This document shows, piece by piece, positions 63,166-64,000 of a DNA stretch of 64,000 nucleotides. Location: contig OZ024740.1 of the NCBI GenBank assembly GCA_964016885.1, positions 287,494,001-287,558,000 on the forward strand, in the 5' to 3' direction. Made by a program: the position numbers and the translations under genes. How positions within the stretch are numbered: the stretch's first letter is position 1; every line of letters starts with the position of its first letter. Source of the stretch: Eledone cirrhosa. Its lineage: Eukaryota. Below the pieces are notes generated by a model. The model worked only from the letters and a program-made list of their open reading frames with translations. It did not search any database and had not been told where the DNA came from.

Positions 63166-64000
63166 ACACCTATTACTTGTCTGCCATCACATATGTATAT
63201 GTATGTGTGTGTTTAATTCTTTGAGGTCTAACGTATGTAACAAACTCGCAAACACACACATACAGACACATACACACTCATATACAAAATGTGACACCGT
63301 GGCGTGGTGGTGATTGTTTACTATAGTTTACTATAGAAAGATTATTTTTGGATAAAATGTTGTATTGTTTTAATTGAAATGAAAATAAAAATTACATGTT
63401 GACACTCCCGGGGTCCAATACTATTACCTTGTAAAATTTGATTTGATTTGGTCGAGCCATTTGCATAGGAAACAGACAGACAAATAATTTTATATCGAGA
63501 GAGATTACAGTACAATCAACCATGAAGTATCCCTCGCAACTGACAGCTAGATTATATTAAATTTATTTTTTTAAATTACTGAAGAAAAAATATATAAAGA
63601 AAATAAAGAAAAACAATAAAAAAAAATTAACATACCCATCCCCCCACAAAAAAATCACATTTCCTCTAAGAAATAAATAAAAAAGTATTTTCTAGTCTAG
63701 AGGGAGTGTTGAGAAGATACTTAAAGACTATAAATATTCACCCAAGATTCACCAAAGGTAGTAAGATACACCACACCTTCCATTGGAATGTTTTCTGTTT
63801 TTCTATTTCTTTTTCTTAAAAAAAAAACATTTGAAACCTTGAAATGCTGAGTCATGTGACTTGCCATTACTATTTACTTTCTGGCAGGAATTTTTTTGGA
63901 AAATGTCTTGTTTCTAACAACAGATAATAAATACTCTATAGACATTCAAGGTTTAAACTTAAAGAGACATTCTTGACATGACTCCAAAATATCAGAATGT

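Overview
AT-rich, microsatellite-dense animal (eukaryotic) non-coding DNA. The repeat content, (TA)n/(CA)n load and SINE types suggest a cephalopod (Octopus-like), which is an inference. No host protein-coding exon can be supported; nearly all ORF-track entries are microsatellite artefacts or TE fragments. The window is a mosaic of mobile elements: RTE-clade LINE relics and partner SINEs, a near-full-length R4/Dong LINE plus older copies, Helitrons, a maT (DD37D) transposase relic, piggyBac-type and pogo-type MITEs, and Penelope-like fragments. The main finding is a ~430-nt non-coding repeat unit, with head-to-tail junctions at two loci, that carries a minimal type I hammerhead ribozyme (palindromic CUAG loop III) and an upstream octamer. 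It occurs at four loci, always as head-to-head inverted pairs inside (TA)n. This is the profile of a non-LTR retrozyme family probably mobilised by Penelope-like elements. At least four further hammerhead-like families occur in the same 64 kb. All structures were read by eye and were not computed or tested.
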